The notes beneath the pieces are model-generated. The model worked only from the letters and a program-made list of their open reading frames with translations. It had not been told where the DNA came from and ran no database searches. A DNA stretch of 64,000 nucleotides from Lytechinus pictus. Lineage: Eukaryota. This document shows positions 13,101 through 23,034 of this stretch, piece after piece (position 1 is the first letter of the stretch; each line of letters opens with the position of its first letter). The translations under genes and the position numbers were made by a program. The DNA is taken from positions 17,176,001-17,240,000 of the forward strand of contig NC_087252.1 in the NCBI RefSeq assembly GCF_037042905.1, written 5' to 3'.

Positions 13101-16100
13101 ATTTAGGCTGAAATATATGTGGAAAGCTTTAAAAAAAAATGTTCTGTTATATTATTCTACACAAAGTGAAATGTTAGCATTCTGTTTTTTTTTATTTATT
13201 TCATTTTAGATGTCCGTGCCCCAGCTGCCCCTGTCATTATGAACATCACCAGACCAGCTGTATCTCAAGCACAAATCTTCTTTCAGCAACCTGACATCCC
13301 TGACGTCAGCTTCGATGGTCTTGAAGTCACCTTCTTCAATGATGATGGCGATGACGAGGGGACCGTGGTCATTGATTCAGAGGATGAGGCAACCGTTGAT
13401 CTCATGACGCAGGCACAGTATACCTTATTAGTCCGATCATTCAATGAGTGGGGTAGCAGTCCATATGTTGATGTCATGGTTCCGGAATACGTTCAGGTTT
13501 CGGGTGAGTTCTACTTAGGGTTGTTTCCCAATGGAGTATGGGGTGATGCCGCAGTATAACAAGGCAAGAGTGTCACAATATGTGTGGATTGGTGCCGCAG
13601 TAAGCACAGAGAGGTTCCACAGTGAACATGACAGTGCCACAGTAAGCATGGTCCATGTCACAGTAAGCAGGGGGCGTGTCCAAAGTAAGAAGGGGGAGAT
13701 GCCACAGCATGGGGTGAAGCCACAGGAAATAGGGGGCAGTGCCACAGTAAGCAGTAGGGGATTCACAGGTATCTTGGGGCAGTGTCACAGTAAGCATGGG
13801 AGATGCCAGAGTAAGCAGGGAGTGGCCACAGTAAGGAGGCAGAGGTGCCACAGGAAATAGGGGGCAGTGCCACAGTAAGCAGTAGGAGATTCACAGTTAT
13901 CTTGGGGAAGTGCCACAGTTAGCCGAGATATGCCACCGTAAGCAGGAAGTGGCCACAGTAAGCAGGGAGTGGCCACAATAAGGAGGGAGAGTTGCCACAG
14001 CTTGGGTGATACCAAAATAAAGAGTGGGCGGTGCCACAGTGAGCAGTAGGAAATGGTCCAGTTATCTTGGGGGCAGTGCCACAGTAAGCTTGGGAAGGTT
14101 GGCCGTGTCATAGTAATTAAGCAAGGGGTGGTGCCACAGCAAGAGAGGGGGCGGTGCCACAATAATCATGGGGCAGTTCAGTGCCAAAGAAACAATCGGC
14201 GGTGCCACTGTAATCATGGGAGAATGCCACAGTGAATAGGGGCCGGTGCCATAATAACTAGGGCAATGCCACAGTACACAGGGGGCGGTGCGAAAGTAAT
14301 TTACAGTACGTATGGGCGATGCCACAGTAAGCAGGGGGCTGGACCATAGTAGGTGCTCCTTTCTTATGGTAAATGATATTCACAATTAAATCTTCATTGG
14401 TGATTATCTAGCATGTTTACCAGTCGTTCTTAAAGTCGCTCTTAACTTACAAACAGCTTTATGAAACACCCGCCTGCTGAACACAAATAGCTGTATCCCA
14501 ACCCCTGGTGTAAACTCATTATCTTAGAATATCTGTTTATGTTACCGTTTTTTTACATTGATTACATCGGTTTTGACAATGGATTAATTTCAGCTCCAAA
14601 TTGAAATAATACCCATTGCATGCTATCCCCTATATTCAGATGAGTGTGAACCAGTAACTGCTCCTTTGTGTGCCAACATGAAGTATGAGTACACTAGATT
14701 CCCCAACCATCTCAACCATGAGAGACAAGAAGATGCCGGTCTAGAGCTTGATCAGTTTGCACCGTTAGTGCAGGTCCAGTGTTCTCCAGATCTTCAAAAT
14801 TTTCTCTGTTCTGTCTATATGCCACCGTGTTCCAGCGATCAAGGTTAGTAGATGCGTCAACATTATTCTATCCATTTGGTCTACTTGCAGATGGTCTAAT
14901 TATCAGATCATCTAACACCATCATGGCTAAACCCTAATTCCCAGATTATCTACCATCATCGTGACTAAACCCACCAGCAGAAGGTCTAATTCTCAATCTT
15001 CTAACATCATGATGGTTAAAGGTAAATGCTACTTTTGGTAACGATATCAAAATGAGTTCGTACGGAATCCAATGAAATGACCACCAAAGTGTCTGTTTGT
15101 ATAAATAAAACATATGTGCAAAACGCTTCTGGAAGAAAATTGTGTAATTGCTGAGAAATCAGCAAATAAGCACAGGATTCGGGTAGAGCGTCGGGCCCGA
15201 CATTCGAAGCAATAATTATACACTGTCCCACGTGCGCTTATCTGTGTTGGGGATCTTCAGCCTGAACATTTTTCAGTGTAGATTTCAAGATTTCACAAAG
15301 TTCAGTTTATGTAACTGTACCAGATCTAGATCCTCGATGATATACTGACAATTAAGCCTTGTTTTACAGACTTTCTCATGAAATCAGTGTTTACTGCAAC
15401 TACTGGAATTTCTCTTTAAGCCCATATGGTCGACCATAGCAGATGATCTAATTCTCAGATCATCAAACGTCACAATCAGTAGACCAATTGGTCTACTAGC
15501 AGATGGTCTAATTCTTAGATCATCTCATACTGCCATTGCTAAACATACTTGCACAGGAGACGGATGATAAGTTATGAAATAAGTGCTAAGAAGAATTCAC
15601 TAATGTGAAAAAAATGGCTACCCGTTTTGTGTGCCACATTCATCGGGGGAGAATGTGACGGTTGCTCTTTTTGAAGAAAGGGTGCTATGACGTAGTGATA
15701 TCATTGCAAAAGCTACAAACACTCTGGCCAAATTCACAAAGTTGGTTTTTAAAACCCTCAGTTGCACCCATGGTTTATGTAGATTTCCTGTATAAATTAC
15801 GCTTATTTTCCGCGTATATTAAAAAAATGTCCAATGCTGATATGCACTTTGCCATAGTGCACCAAATCGACACCTGTTGCCATGGTTAAGCTCGCTTTTT
15901 TATTCATTAGTCTACTGTTTTTAATTAATGAGTCCTCTCTTCAGACAGTGGACTCATAAATAAATAGCATACTTAACCATGGCAACAGGTGTCAATTTGG
16001 CACACTGTGACAGAAACGCGCATCAGCATTGGCCATATTGTTTAAATATACGCAGTAAATAAGCGTAATTTATGCAGGAAATCTGCATAAACCATTTGTT

Positions 16101-19100
16101 CAACCGAGGGGTTTAAAAACCACCTTTGTGAATTCGGGCCACTGAGTTTGACATCTTCAGAACCAACGTGATAAATGTTCTAAGTTTTGCAATTGACTTG
16201 GATGTAAGAAAGTAAATTAATAATTTTATTTCTCATTCTACCTAGAAATCAAACCATGTAGGGAACTTTGTGAATCTGCCCGTTCTGGATGTGAGCCACT
16301 GATGAATAAATTTGGATTCAATTGGCCTGAAACATTGGATTGTGATCAATTCCCATCAGCGGCCGATGCAAACTGCTTCTCTAACGGTAGGGAGAAAATT
16401 TTCTAAAAGTGGAAATCTTCCATGACCTCGGGAAGAATGAGGGTTTGCAGAAAATACAGCAATATGCACACACACATGGATATCAAGTGACTCTTGGATA
16501 TCAACTAAAATAAATTAACTTTATGGCAGTCCTGATCAACTACCTCTTTTGAGTTATTGGCTCTAATACTTTGAATAACTATCCTAACCCTAAAAGTCCT
16601 GGGGTTTTCGTATCTGTACACCCTCAACATTTTTTTTGGATAAATCTGCAATGTAAAAATTTGTGCCAGGTCAGTCCATTCTCTGGCAACTTTCGAGACA
16701 AAATGTGCGATCTCCAGATACGCATTTCTAAAATTATGCAAATAACATTTTGTAAGTATATGCAAAATTGCTCCAAAATGTGAAGTCGTGGACAAATCCA
16801 TTTTGAATTATATTTTTAGCCAGAATTCATAAATGGATCATTATTGTTGCTCTGATTAATTAAACAAAAAAGAATAGTGTCTAGGGGGTAAGCTATTATT
16901 ATGTAATGTAAATTTCACCCAGTGTAATGTGCTTTTTGTTAAATACGTATATAAATTCAAATTACAAATATGACATGTTTTAAATATGATATTGTCATTC
17001 ATTATCATGATTATTAATGTAGACCTACAGCATAATTCGTAAATGTGCTGCACACACAATCAAAGGTTTGTTCGTTCTTCATTTCTTTATTTGTATCTAT
17101 GTTTTCCTTTTGGGTAATTGAATGTCAAATAAAAGTGATGAATTATGTTTTCATAATGTCACTGCATTGGAATATGAGACACTATACGTAGTAAAGTCTA
17201 ATGCTGATATTTTTTTCCTAGATAAACTTACTTTACATCCAGGCCAGGGAAGAATTGAGAAAGAAAAAGGTTCCCCAGTCACTGCTTACTGCTCATCATC
17301 ATCACGTGACAGACGACCCGAATGGATGAATCCTAGGGGTGAACCGGTCGCCATAAAAACTAGTGGTATTACAATCCTTATCATTCACAGATATTTTTTA
17401 CATTATATTACACCATGTGTGAAAATCCTGAAAAGTTATGAAATTAGATAAAGGTAGATGTGAATCTTTATTATTATAATCTAATGGATGAATTCTATGG
17501 GTGAACCGGTCACCATAAAAACTAGTGGTATTACAATCATTCGCAGATATGTTTTTCCAATACATCATGTGTAATTTCCTAGAAAGGACTGGAAGTGGAT
17601 AGAGGTAGAGATGAAAGTGTTAGGCGAGAAAGTAGAGGCTAAAAAGTTGAGAATTTCATATGGGAGTAGGGGTAGTCATTAAAAAAACTGGGAACCAGAA
17701 AGAGTAGAATGGCTTGAGTAGTAGGCAAAAAGAGAGACTTAAGCAGATAAGAGAAAGCTAAAGCCTCTCTCACCTATCTTTATAATTATCAAATGAATCA
17801 TAGGGGTCAACCGGTCTCCACAAAACAAGTGGTATTACAATCTCAATGATAACCTAATGGACTAACCTAGAGCTGAACCAGTCTCTTTAATGTGAAGGGG
17901 AATAATCTGGTGTTTATTTGTGACACAATTCTGCAATTGGAGATTTTGTAAATTAAAATCTGTGAACTCCTGCTAGTAATGGACAATGACAATATGCAGC
18001 AAGTTCTTCTTGGAGAACTTCAACACAAAATATATTTGTATCACAGGGTACCTATTAACAACAAAATATTGCACACGTTTGATTAGCGTGTTTTATGTAC
18101 ATTGCCATCTGAAAGTTCCAGATTGGAGTTTCCGCATAGGTGTCTACATGTATACGGATGGGATGTGTTTTGATTGTAAGCTAGTAGAAGTGTTTAAATG
18201 AGTTGCTTATCAGAATGTTTTCTGTGACATGGTGTCAGTTATCTCAATCTGTTCTTTTCTTTCAGATATTCCTGCCAATGAGGGTGTTGCATACAGTGAG
18301 CACATTGGTTCACAGACTGCTGTTCTGAGCATCCCTTCTCTCTCTGCAGAAAACATGGGTGTCTATTCTTGTAGACTAGATAACGAGAAACATTCTATGG
18401 CCATCTCTTTACCCAGTGAGTCACATAGGACATTTCTTGTTCTTGGAAAGTTTGATGCTGTTCAGATAATTAAATACCAAATGCAACATTTTGATATGAC
18501 AATAAATATAATACAAGTTTGATTGAACCAGAATACCAGTGGCAGCACGATCAAAGGCATTCTGATAGGGAGAAAGATAACCAAATGTGGCATTTAAAAA
18601 CAAATTATTTCAATACTAAGGATATTTTCCAGATGAAGTTCTGATATAGATCTCTTTCTAATAGTTCTTCCTTTCCTACTATTTTTTTTAGCCTTTTCCC
18701 TAGTTAAAACGGTTTATTTTCAATTGGTCTAATGCCAATTCGTCCAATTACCATTTGGTCTACCATCAGTTCGTCCACTATCCACATGGTCTAATTGACA
18801 TTTCGTCCACCCACCATTTCGTCTAATAACCAGTTGGTCCAATAGCCATTTAGTCCATACACCATTTGGTATAATAATCTAATTTGACGAAATTAGTAAA
18901 AAGAAAATAGGTTTTAAACCAACTGGTTATGAGACGAAATGGTTTTTAGACAAGTTAGTGATTAGACAAAGAAATTGTTGAACCAGATGGTTGTTAGACA
19001 AAATGTTGATGGACGGAATGGCATTTGATTAAATGAATGTAGACCATGTGATGAATGGATGAGTTGGCAATAGACGAATTGACAATTTACCCTTAAAAAC

Positions 19101-22100
19101 AAATGGGGGATTATTTTTGTCAATAAGGCACCTATATTTGCTCATTGATCCAGCTTACTTTGCATTCCTGCAATGGCTTATATTTCAGATCGCCCTCTTT
19201 GTGTTTGGTTATGCTTTCTTTCTTTATTTTTATTATTTATTTTTGTTTGGTTAATTTGATTTTGCTTTATCACATGTAATAAGCAAGGATTATAAAATAC
19301 CAACATTAACAACAGCTGAAAGTATGTGAAATAAATGTGATATGAAATGTGCAATTCTAGTAATAAATTCTACTTGGAAGAACAAAAATATATATATCCT
19401 TACATAGTTGCAAAGAGTCGTGGTTATATTATTATTTAGAAAAAAATGGAAACATGTATGAATGTTTAAAGTGAAAATGTATTATTTTATACAATCATTT
19501 CAGGAACCTGCGAGGGTATTGAATCGGCGCAATGCATGATGGTCCTGCCGTATTCGGAATCCATCTACCCAAATTCTCTCGGTCACATGTCAACGACAGA
19601 AGCAGAATTTGCATCGTTTCAGTTCTTACCGCTCTTAGCCTTAGGATGCTCACCGGTCAACCTACCCCTCTTTGTCTGTTCGCTCTACTTTCCATCATGT
19701 GGGGACGCATTGACCTTGCCATGCTCGGAGCTATGTCGGGCAGCCATGACAGAGTGCTCCGTCTTCATCATGGGTGCACAGCATGTATGGCCAGAGACAG
19801 CCCAGTGCAGTAACTTTCCTTCAATGTCAGATGGCACCTGCATTCCACCACAAGGTAGTAAACATGTCACATTTACTCACATTTGGTGATTTAAATTAAA
19901 GTGTTGACCTTCTGGTGCTGGTGTAAGGTAAATTTTTACTTAAGCATATATGGCACCAAACTTAAATGAGGATGTAACCTTAGGATGAATGTTGAGGTTG
20001 CAATCAAGCTTGTGCTTCCAACATTAATACAGTAATTTACGTCACCCATTGACATTTATAATGATATTCACATAGGTCTTCCTAAATTCATTCCTTAAAA
20101 AGATTTCCATATAGCTTGGTCCCATAACACAAAGATCAGTGGTTAATCGACCTTTGATTTTCAAGTTCCATTGTACATTGTAGTCAATTGAATCAATCGT
20201 AAAAATTATTTTGTAGAAGATTGATAGGCTTTGTGTTACGGGCCACAGATCGTTTCTTGTGGTGGCAGCGGTGGGATATAGACCCATGTCATGATCATTT
20301 AGCCCAAATCAGCTATTGATACCATTCAAGGAGTACTATTGTGAAGAATAGTATTAGCCATAGTAGCGGTAGTAGTACAAAAGTATTTGTAGAAGCAGGG
20401 GCAGATCCAGCATTATTTAATAGCAGGCGATAAAAGCAGCAGCATTAGTTTAAGTAGATGTAGTATCAGCTGCAGCATACCAGGGGATTCTGATTGAGTA
20501 TTATCATGAGGAGTAGCTTTAGTAAGAGTAATAGTATTATTAGTAGTATAATTGGTGGCAGTAGACTAGGATTAGTAGAAGCAGGCACAGATCCAGCCTT
20601 GTCTAATAGCAGATGATCAAAGCAGCAGCTGTAGCAGTAGTATCAGCTAGCAGCAGCAACAGGATCGAGTATCGGTATCCATGGTATCAGTAGAAGAAGG
20701 AGGAAGAGAAGGATCAAGTAGTAGCAGCTAGTGGATCTTGCCAGCAGTATTTTGTTGCTGCTGATAGAGAGAGAAAAAAAGATTGATCTTTCTTGTTGTT
20801 CAGTCAATTTCCATTACATCTATTGTTGACATTAGCTTTGTATATATTAGCTTTAAAACTGATGGTCCACAGCGTGGCAAGGGGGTGGAGAGAGAGGGAG
20901 AGCTTGTCCGTGTAAGTTTGCCACTTGAGTTGTTCCTGATGACCGTGATCCTTGTGACATATTGTTTTTTAGGTCTTCCACGTACGACTGTGACTCCCGA
21001 AGAGCCAACCAGTATCACCCAGACCACTACCAACAAAGCAACTACTCCCACACCAGTTACACCGACTATGCAAGAATCTCCCGCACAGCAGAATATGAAC
21101 AACAGTAACACTACGGAGCTTCTCCGCCGCTCTTACGCCATAACAGACCGAGGAATGATTCAAATGTTTCGTGGTTGGGTTGACGTTCAAGGCCAGGGTG
21201 CCCCCAACGACTTCTGCAGGTACATCATCATTGCAATCGTCCATGAAATCACAAAAACCCTTGGAGTCTCTTAGGTTATCAAGTATATAGGCCTACAGAA
21301 CAAAGATAGACTTTAGTGGTGGAATGGCATATTAGTTTAATGCAGTTTCTCATTTTTTTATATTTATTTTGTTTCATTTTAACACTATGCCTAAAGTGTA
21401 CAACCTACACTTCCACCAAGTTGAGCCGTGCAACAAGCAGCTATGGCAATTCGCTTTAGTAAAATTATAAGTATTTAACTTAGTAGAAATCTTTTTCATT
21501 TTCTCAAAAAAATTCTAAAATTTCAAACTCCAAACCTGGCTTCTCACCATTCCCCTCCGTTTTCAACATATCTTCAAAAAACTACTTTGATATGAAAATC
21601 TACCTGTTTTTATGTTAAAATTTGTGTGGAACGTAAGTATATATTGTTGACAATGACATTCTTTAAATGATGATTGTAACTGTATGTGCCAAACTATGTT
21701 GAGAATGAAATAAATGAATCAAAGTATCTGTAAGGTGCCCAAGGTACGTATGATCCTTATAATAATTACCTATTTTGTCTGAGATTTTCATTGTTTTTAC
21801 CTTTGCACATGTTTGTAGGGTTGTACGCACGGAAGGAAGGCCATTCCTGTCATGTCTTCTTGCCGGGTCTGAAGAAGATGAGTTACTTGCCTACACTTCA
21901 CCCAACCCCTCTGTTGAATGGTTTGACCCAGGCTATTCCAATACATGGTACATGAAAGATGAGGATAACGATGGTCGAGACGACTATTGCAGGTAGGTTC
22001 CCCCCACGTTTTTCTTTCGGTAATAACCACATGGTCTACACCCATTTTGTTTACTTCATGTTTGGTCTCACCCCAATTCCATTGTGTTGAAAAAAAGTTT

Positions 22101-23034
22101 GTCTACTTCTCATTTAGTCTAATTACACTTTAGTCCATTCATCACCTTATCTAATTTCCAATCAGGCTACACCTATTTTGTCTATGTCCGCTAGGTCTAA
22201 CACCACCCTATGTGATTAGATTAACTATTTATGAACCAATTTTTTTTTATAAAGTGTTTTCTAACAAACTAAACATAGTGGACTCTATAGACCAAAGTGG
22301 TAGACTTGATAAGAATATGTATTAGAAAAAATGTGCAGAGCTCGTTTTCCAATATAGATATCAAAATCATGAGATATGTTTTGATTATTAAGTTTGATGC
22401 TAATAGCAAGAACAGAGGCGTAAATCCAAGCGGTGCACCTATTGTTTATAAGTTATTATAAGTCTATAATGGCCACCTGAACCAATCCCCAGGAAGGGAG
22501 ATTGTGTGTATAAGATCCTGTCTATAGCAGCCATCTGTCTTTAATGACCACTAAAACTGATCCCATAAAAGGCATATTGTATGTATAAGAACCTGTCTGT
22601 AGCAAGTACCTGTCTATAATGGCCACTAAATCAATTCTCTTAAAGGCAGCTTATGTGCATAAGATCGTGTTTATATCAGTCACCTGTATAAAACGGCCAC
22701 TAAATGGATTCTCATGAAGGCAGCTTGTGTGTAAAAGAACCTCTCTATAGCTAGCAGTCACTTGTCTACATTGTACAAAGGCCACATTTTGTGTTCCCCT
22801 TGTGTGGTCACTGTTGATAGGTTTCACTTTCACTGTATATGTAATACAATGAGATGTTTTATCATTTTCTCTCTCTTCTTTCATTTAAGGTGTATTGGTA
22901 GCCTGCCCTCTACGTTGGTTGTGTGTATGAAAGCTGGAGTCGATGGTTTCGAGGGACCCGGCAGTGATTTCTTGCCTCCAAACGCCCCCGAAGAATGTCT
23001 CTTCCACCAAGCCGATCCATTCTTTGGTTTCTAA
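1133..23034 (+). CDS. sFRP-1: Spliced gene, 5' incomplete: multi-Frizzled-CRD protein, probably secreted (CRD-CRD-FN3-CRD-Ig-CRD-T/P stalk-C-terminal domain), echinoid sFRP-1-like. join(1133-1180,1940-2067,4934-5192,11199-11342,12404-12664,13210-13503,14640-14843,16246-16386,17222-17365,18266-18415,19504-19854,20973-21219,21819-21992,22890-23034)
   Basis: All 13 introns are GT-AG with matching phases. Exons sum to 2690 nt; adding 1 nt from an upstream exon gives 897 codons ending at TAA 23032-23034. Four domains each have the 10-Cys Frizzled CRD pattern, and there is no TM segment. Four CRDs plus one Ig matches the described sea-urchin sFRP-1; the name is from recall and does not imply orthology to vertebrate SFRP1. 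Confidence 0.85.
1940..2067 (+). CDS. sFRP-1-like exon: CRD1 N-half ([42 protein letters not shown]); not in ORF track
   Basis: AG 1938-1939, donor GTGAGC 2068; CEP...C...Y..T.FPN CRD signature; phase 1-0. Confidence 0.9.
2110..2302. repeat. Short inverted-repeat element just after the CRD1 exon
   Basis: TGACGCCAGTTGCCATGGTGTCATG (2110) versus CATGACACCATGGCAACTGACGTCA (ends 2302). Confidence 0.6.
2395..2585. repeat. Palindromic MITE-like repeat; related copy at ~25200-25270
   Basis: ATCACAATGGAGAGCTGAGAGGCTTTTGT versus ACAAAAGCCTTTCAGCTCTCCATTGTGAT. Confidence 0.6.
2812..3414. mobile_element. Kolobok-like MITE
   Basis: TTAA|AGGGGTACTCC...GGAGTACCCCT|TTGA; purine termini with a TTAA-type target. 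Confidence 0.65.
4934..5192 (+). CDS. sFRP-1-like exon: CRD1 C-half
   Basis: ttttacAG acceptor, GTTAGT donor at 5193; LVAMGC...[10 protein letters not shown]...[14 protein letters not shown]...[11 protein letters not shown]; phase 0-1. Confidence 0.92.
5355..9390. mobile_element. Decayed DNA transposon with ~585-bp terminal inverted repeats (Academ-like)
   Basis: 5355-5940 is an inverted copy of 8819-9390; termini TAG...CTA flanked by AAT on both sides; broken minus-strand coding-like sequence at ~6500-7600. Superfamily inferred from termini and TSD only. Confidence 0.7.
7595..8090 (+). mobile_element. L2-clade LINE reverse transcriptase fragment nested in the Academ-like element
   Basis: Frameshifted motifs [43 protein letters not shown]. 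Confidence 0.85.
9707..10537. mobile_element. MITE-like element of two tandem ~410-bp units
   Basis: Termini TATGAAGAG...CTCTTCATA; internal inverted subrepeats GCAAAAGGGGTTAGGTCCA; related copy at 42005-42827. Confidence 0.7.
11199..11342 (+). CDS. sFRP-1-like exon: acidic linker + CRD2 N-part
   Basis: AG 11197-11198, GTAACT at 11343; [26 protein letters not shown]; phase 1-1. Confidence 0.88.
11565..11835 (+). mobile_element. Penelope-like element GIY-YIG endonuclease fragment
   Basis: [27 protein letters not shown]...[32 protein letters not shown] across frameshifts. Confidence 0.8.
12404..12664 (+). CDS. sFRP-1-like exon: CRD2 C-part
   Basis: AG 12402-12403, GTGAGT at 12665; [19 protein letters not shown]...[13 protein letters not shown]; phase 1-1. 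Confidence 0.9.
13210..13503 (+). CDS. sFRP-1-like exon: fibronectin type III domain
   Basis: ttttAG 13208-13209, GTGAGT at 13504; PAAP start and L...[18 protein letters not shown]3 C-terminal signature; phase 1-1. Confidence 0.8.
13545..14350. repeat. Degenerate ~22-bp G-rich minisatellite (GTGCCACAGTAAGCAGGGG)
   Basis: Many recurring GCCACAGTAAGCA cores; source of the spurious ORFs at 13515-14325. Confidence 0.85.
14640..14843 (+). CDS. sFRP-1-like exon: CRD3 N-half (canonical Frizzled-like)
   Basis: [64 protein letters not shown] 14638-14639, GTTAGT at 14844. Confidence 0.95.
15020..15415. mobile_element. Kolobok-like MITE
   Basis: TTAA|AGGTAAATGC...GGAATTTCTCT|TTAA; imperfect TIRs. Confidence 0.55.
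15725..16140. mobile_element. Palindromic MITE (PIF/Harbinger-like)
   Basis: GGCCAAATTCACAAAG...CTTTGTGAATTCGGGCC with long inverted arms. Confidence 0.7.
16246..16386 (+). CDS. sFRP-1-like exon: CRD3 C-half; not in ORF track
   Basis: [49 protein letters not shown] 16244-16245, GTAGGG at 16387; phase 1-1. Confidence 0.93.
17222..17365 (+). CDS. sFRP-1-like exon: Ig domain N-half
   Basis: tttttcctAG acceptor; GSPVTAYC...[11 protein letters not shown] (Ig B-strand Cys, C-strand Trp). Donor GTATTA at 17366 is weak but gives the right phase. Confidence 0.8.
18266..18415 (+). CDS. sFRP-1-like exon: Ig domain C-half
   Basis: ttttctttcAG acceptor, GTGAGT at 18416; [18 protein letters not shown] is an Ig E/F-strand motif. 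Confidence 0.88.
18711..19092. mobile_element. Foldback-like element built of ~15-16-bp subrepeats (TTGGTCTA/TTCGTCCA); related copy at 53894-54328
   Basis: Left arm is CATTTGGTCTA-type repeats and right arm is their reverse complement; same layout at 53.9-54.3 kb. Confidence 0.7.
19504..19854 (+). CDS. sFRP-1-like exon: complete CRD4
   Basis: 10 Cys in CRD spacing within one exon; AG 19502-19503, GTAGTA at 19855; phase 1-1. Confidence 0.92.
20117..20245. mobile_element. ~130-bp MITE; related copy at 35540-35668
   Basis: TIR GGTCCC(A/G)TAACACAAAG / CTTTGTGTTACGGG; the 35.5-kb copy is flanked by CAG on both sides (Harbinger-like). Confidence 0.7.
20973..21219 (+). CDS. sFRP-1-like exon: Thr/Pro-rich stalk + start of C-terminal domain ([18 protein letters not shown])
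   Basis: ttttttAG 20971-20972, GTACAT at 21220; phase 1-2. Confidence 0.85.
21819..21992 (+). CDS. sFRP-1-like exon: C-terminal domain middle ([16 protein letters not shown])
   Basis: AG 21817-21818, GTAGGT at 21993; phase 2-2. Confidence 0.85.
22455..22790. repeat. Degenerate ~74-bp tandem repeat, 4-5 copies
   Basis: TGTGTATAAGA.CCTGTCTATAGCAG-like core recurs at ~22503, 22577, 22652 and 22726. Confidence 0.7.
22890..23034 (+). CDS. sFRP-1-like terminal coding exon (...QADPFFGF*)
   Basis: Pyrimidine tract then AG 22888-22889; phase 2; stop TAA 23032-23034. Confidence 0.85.

Noticed and set aside
13515..14325. Several overlapping ORFs of 60-125 aa
   Set aside because: Translations of a 22-bp minisatellite on both strands.
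20330..20770. AGT/AGC-rich stretch with a ~187-bp internal duplication
   Set aside because: Low-complexity intronic sequence with no splice-compatible open frame.
20783..20972. Hydrophobic N-terminal part of ORF 20783-21274 as a transmembrane segment
   Set aside because: Lies upstream of the acceptor at 20971-20972, so it is intronic in the phase-consistent model.
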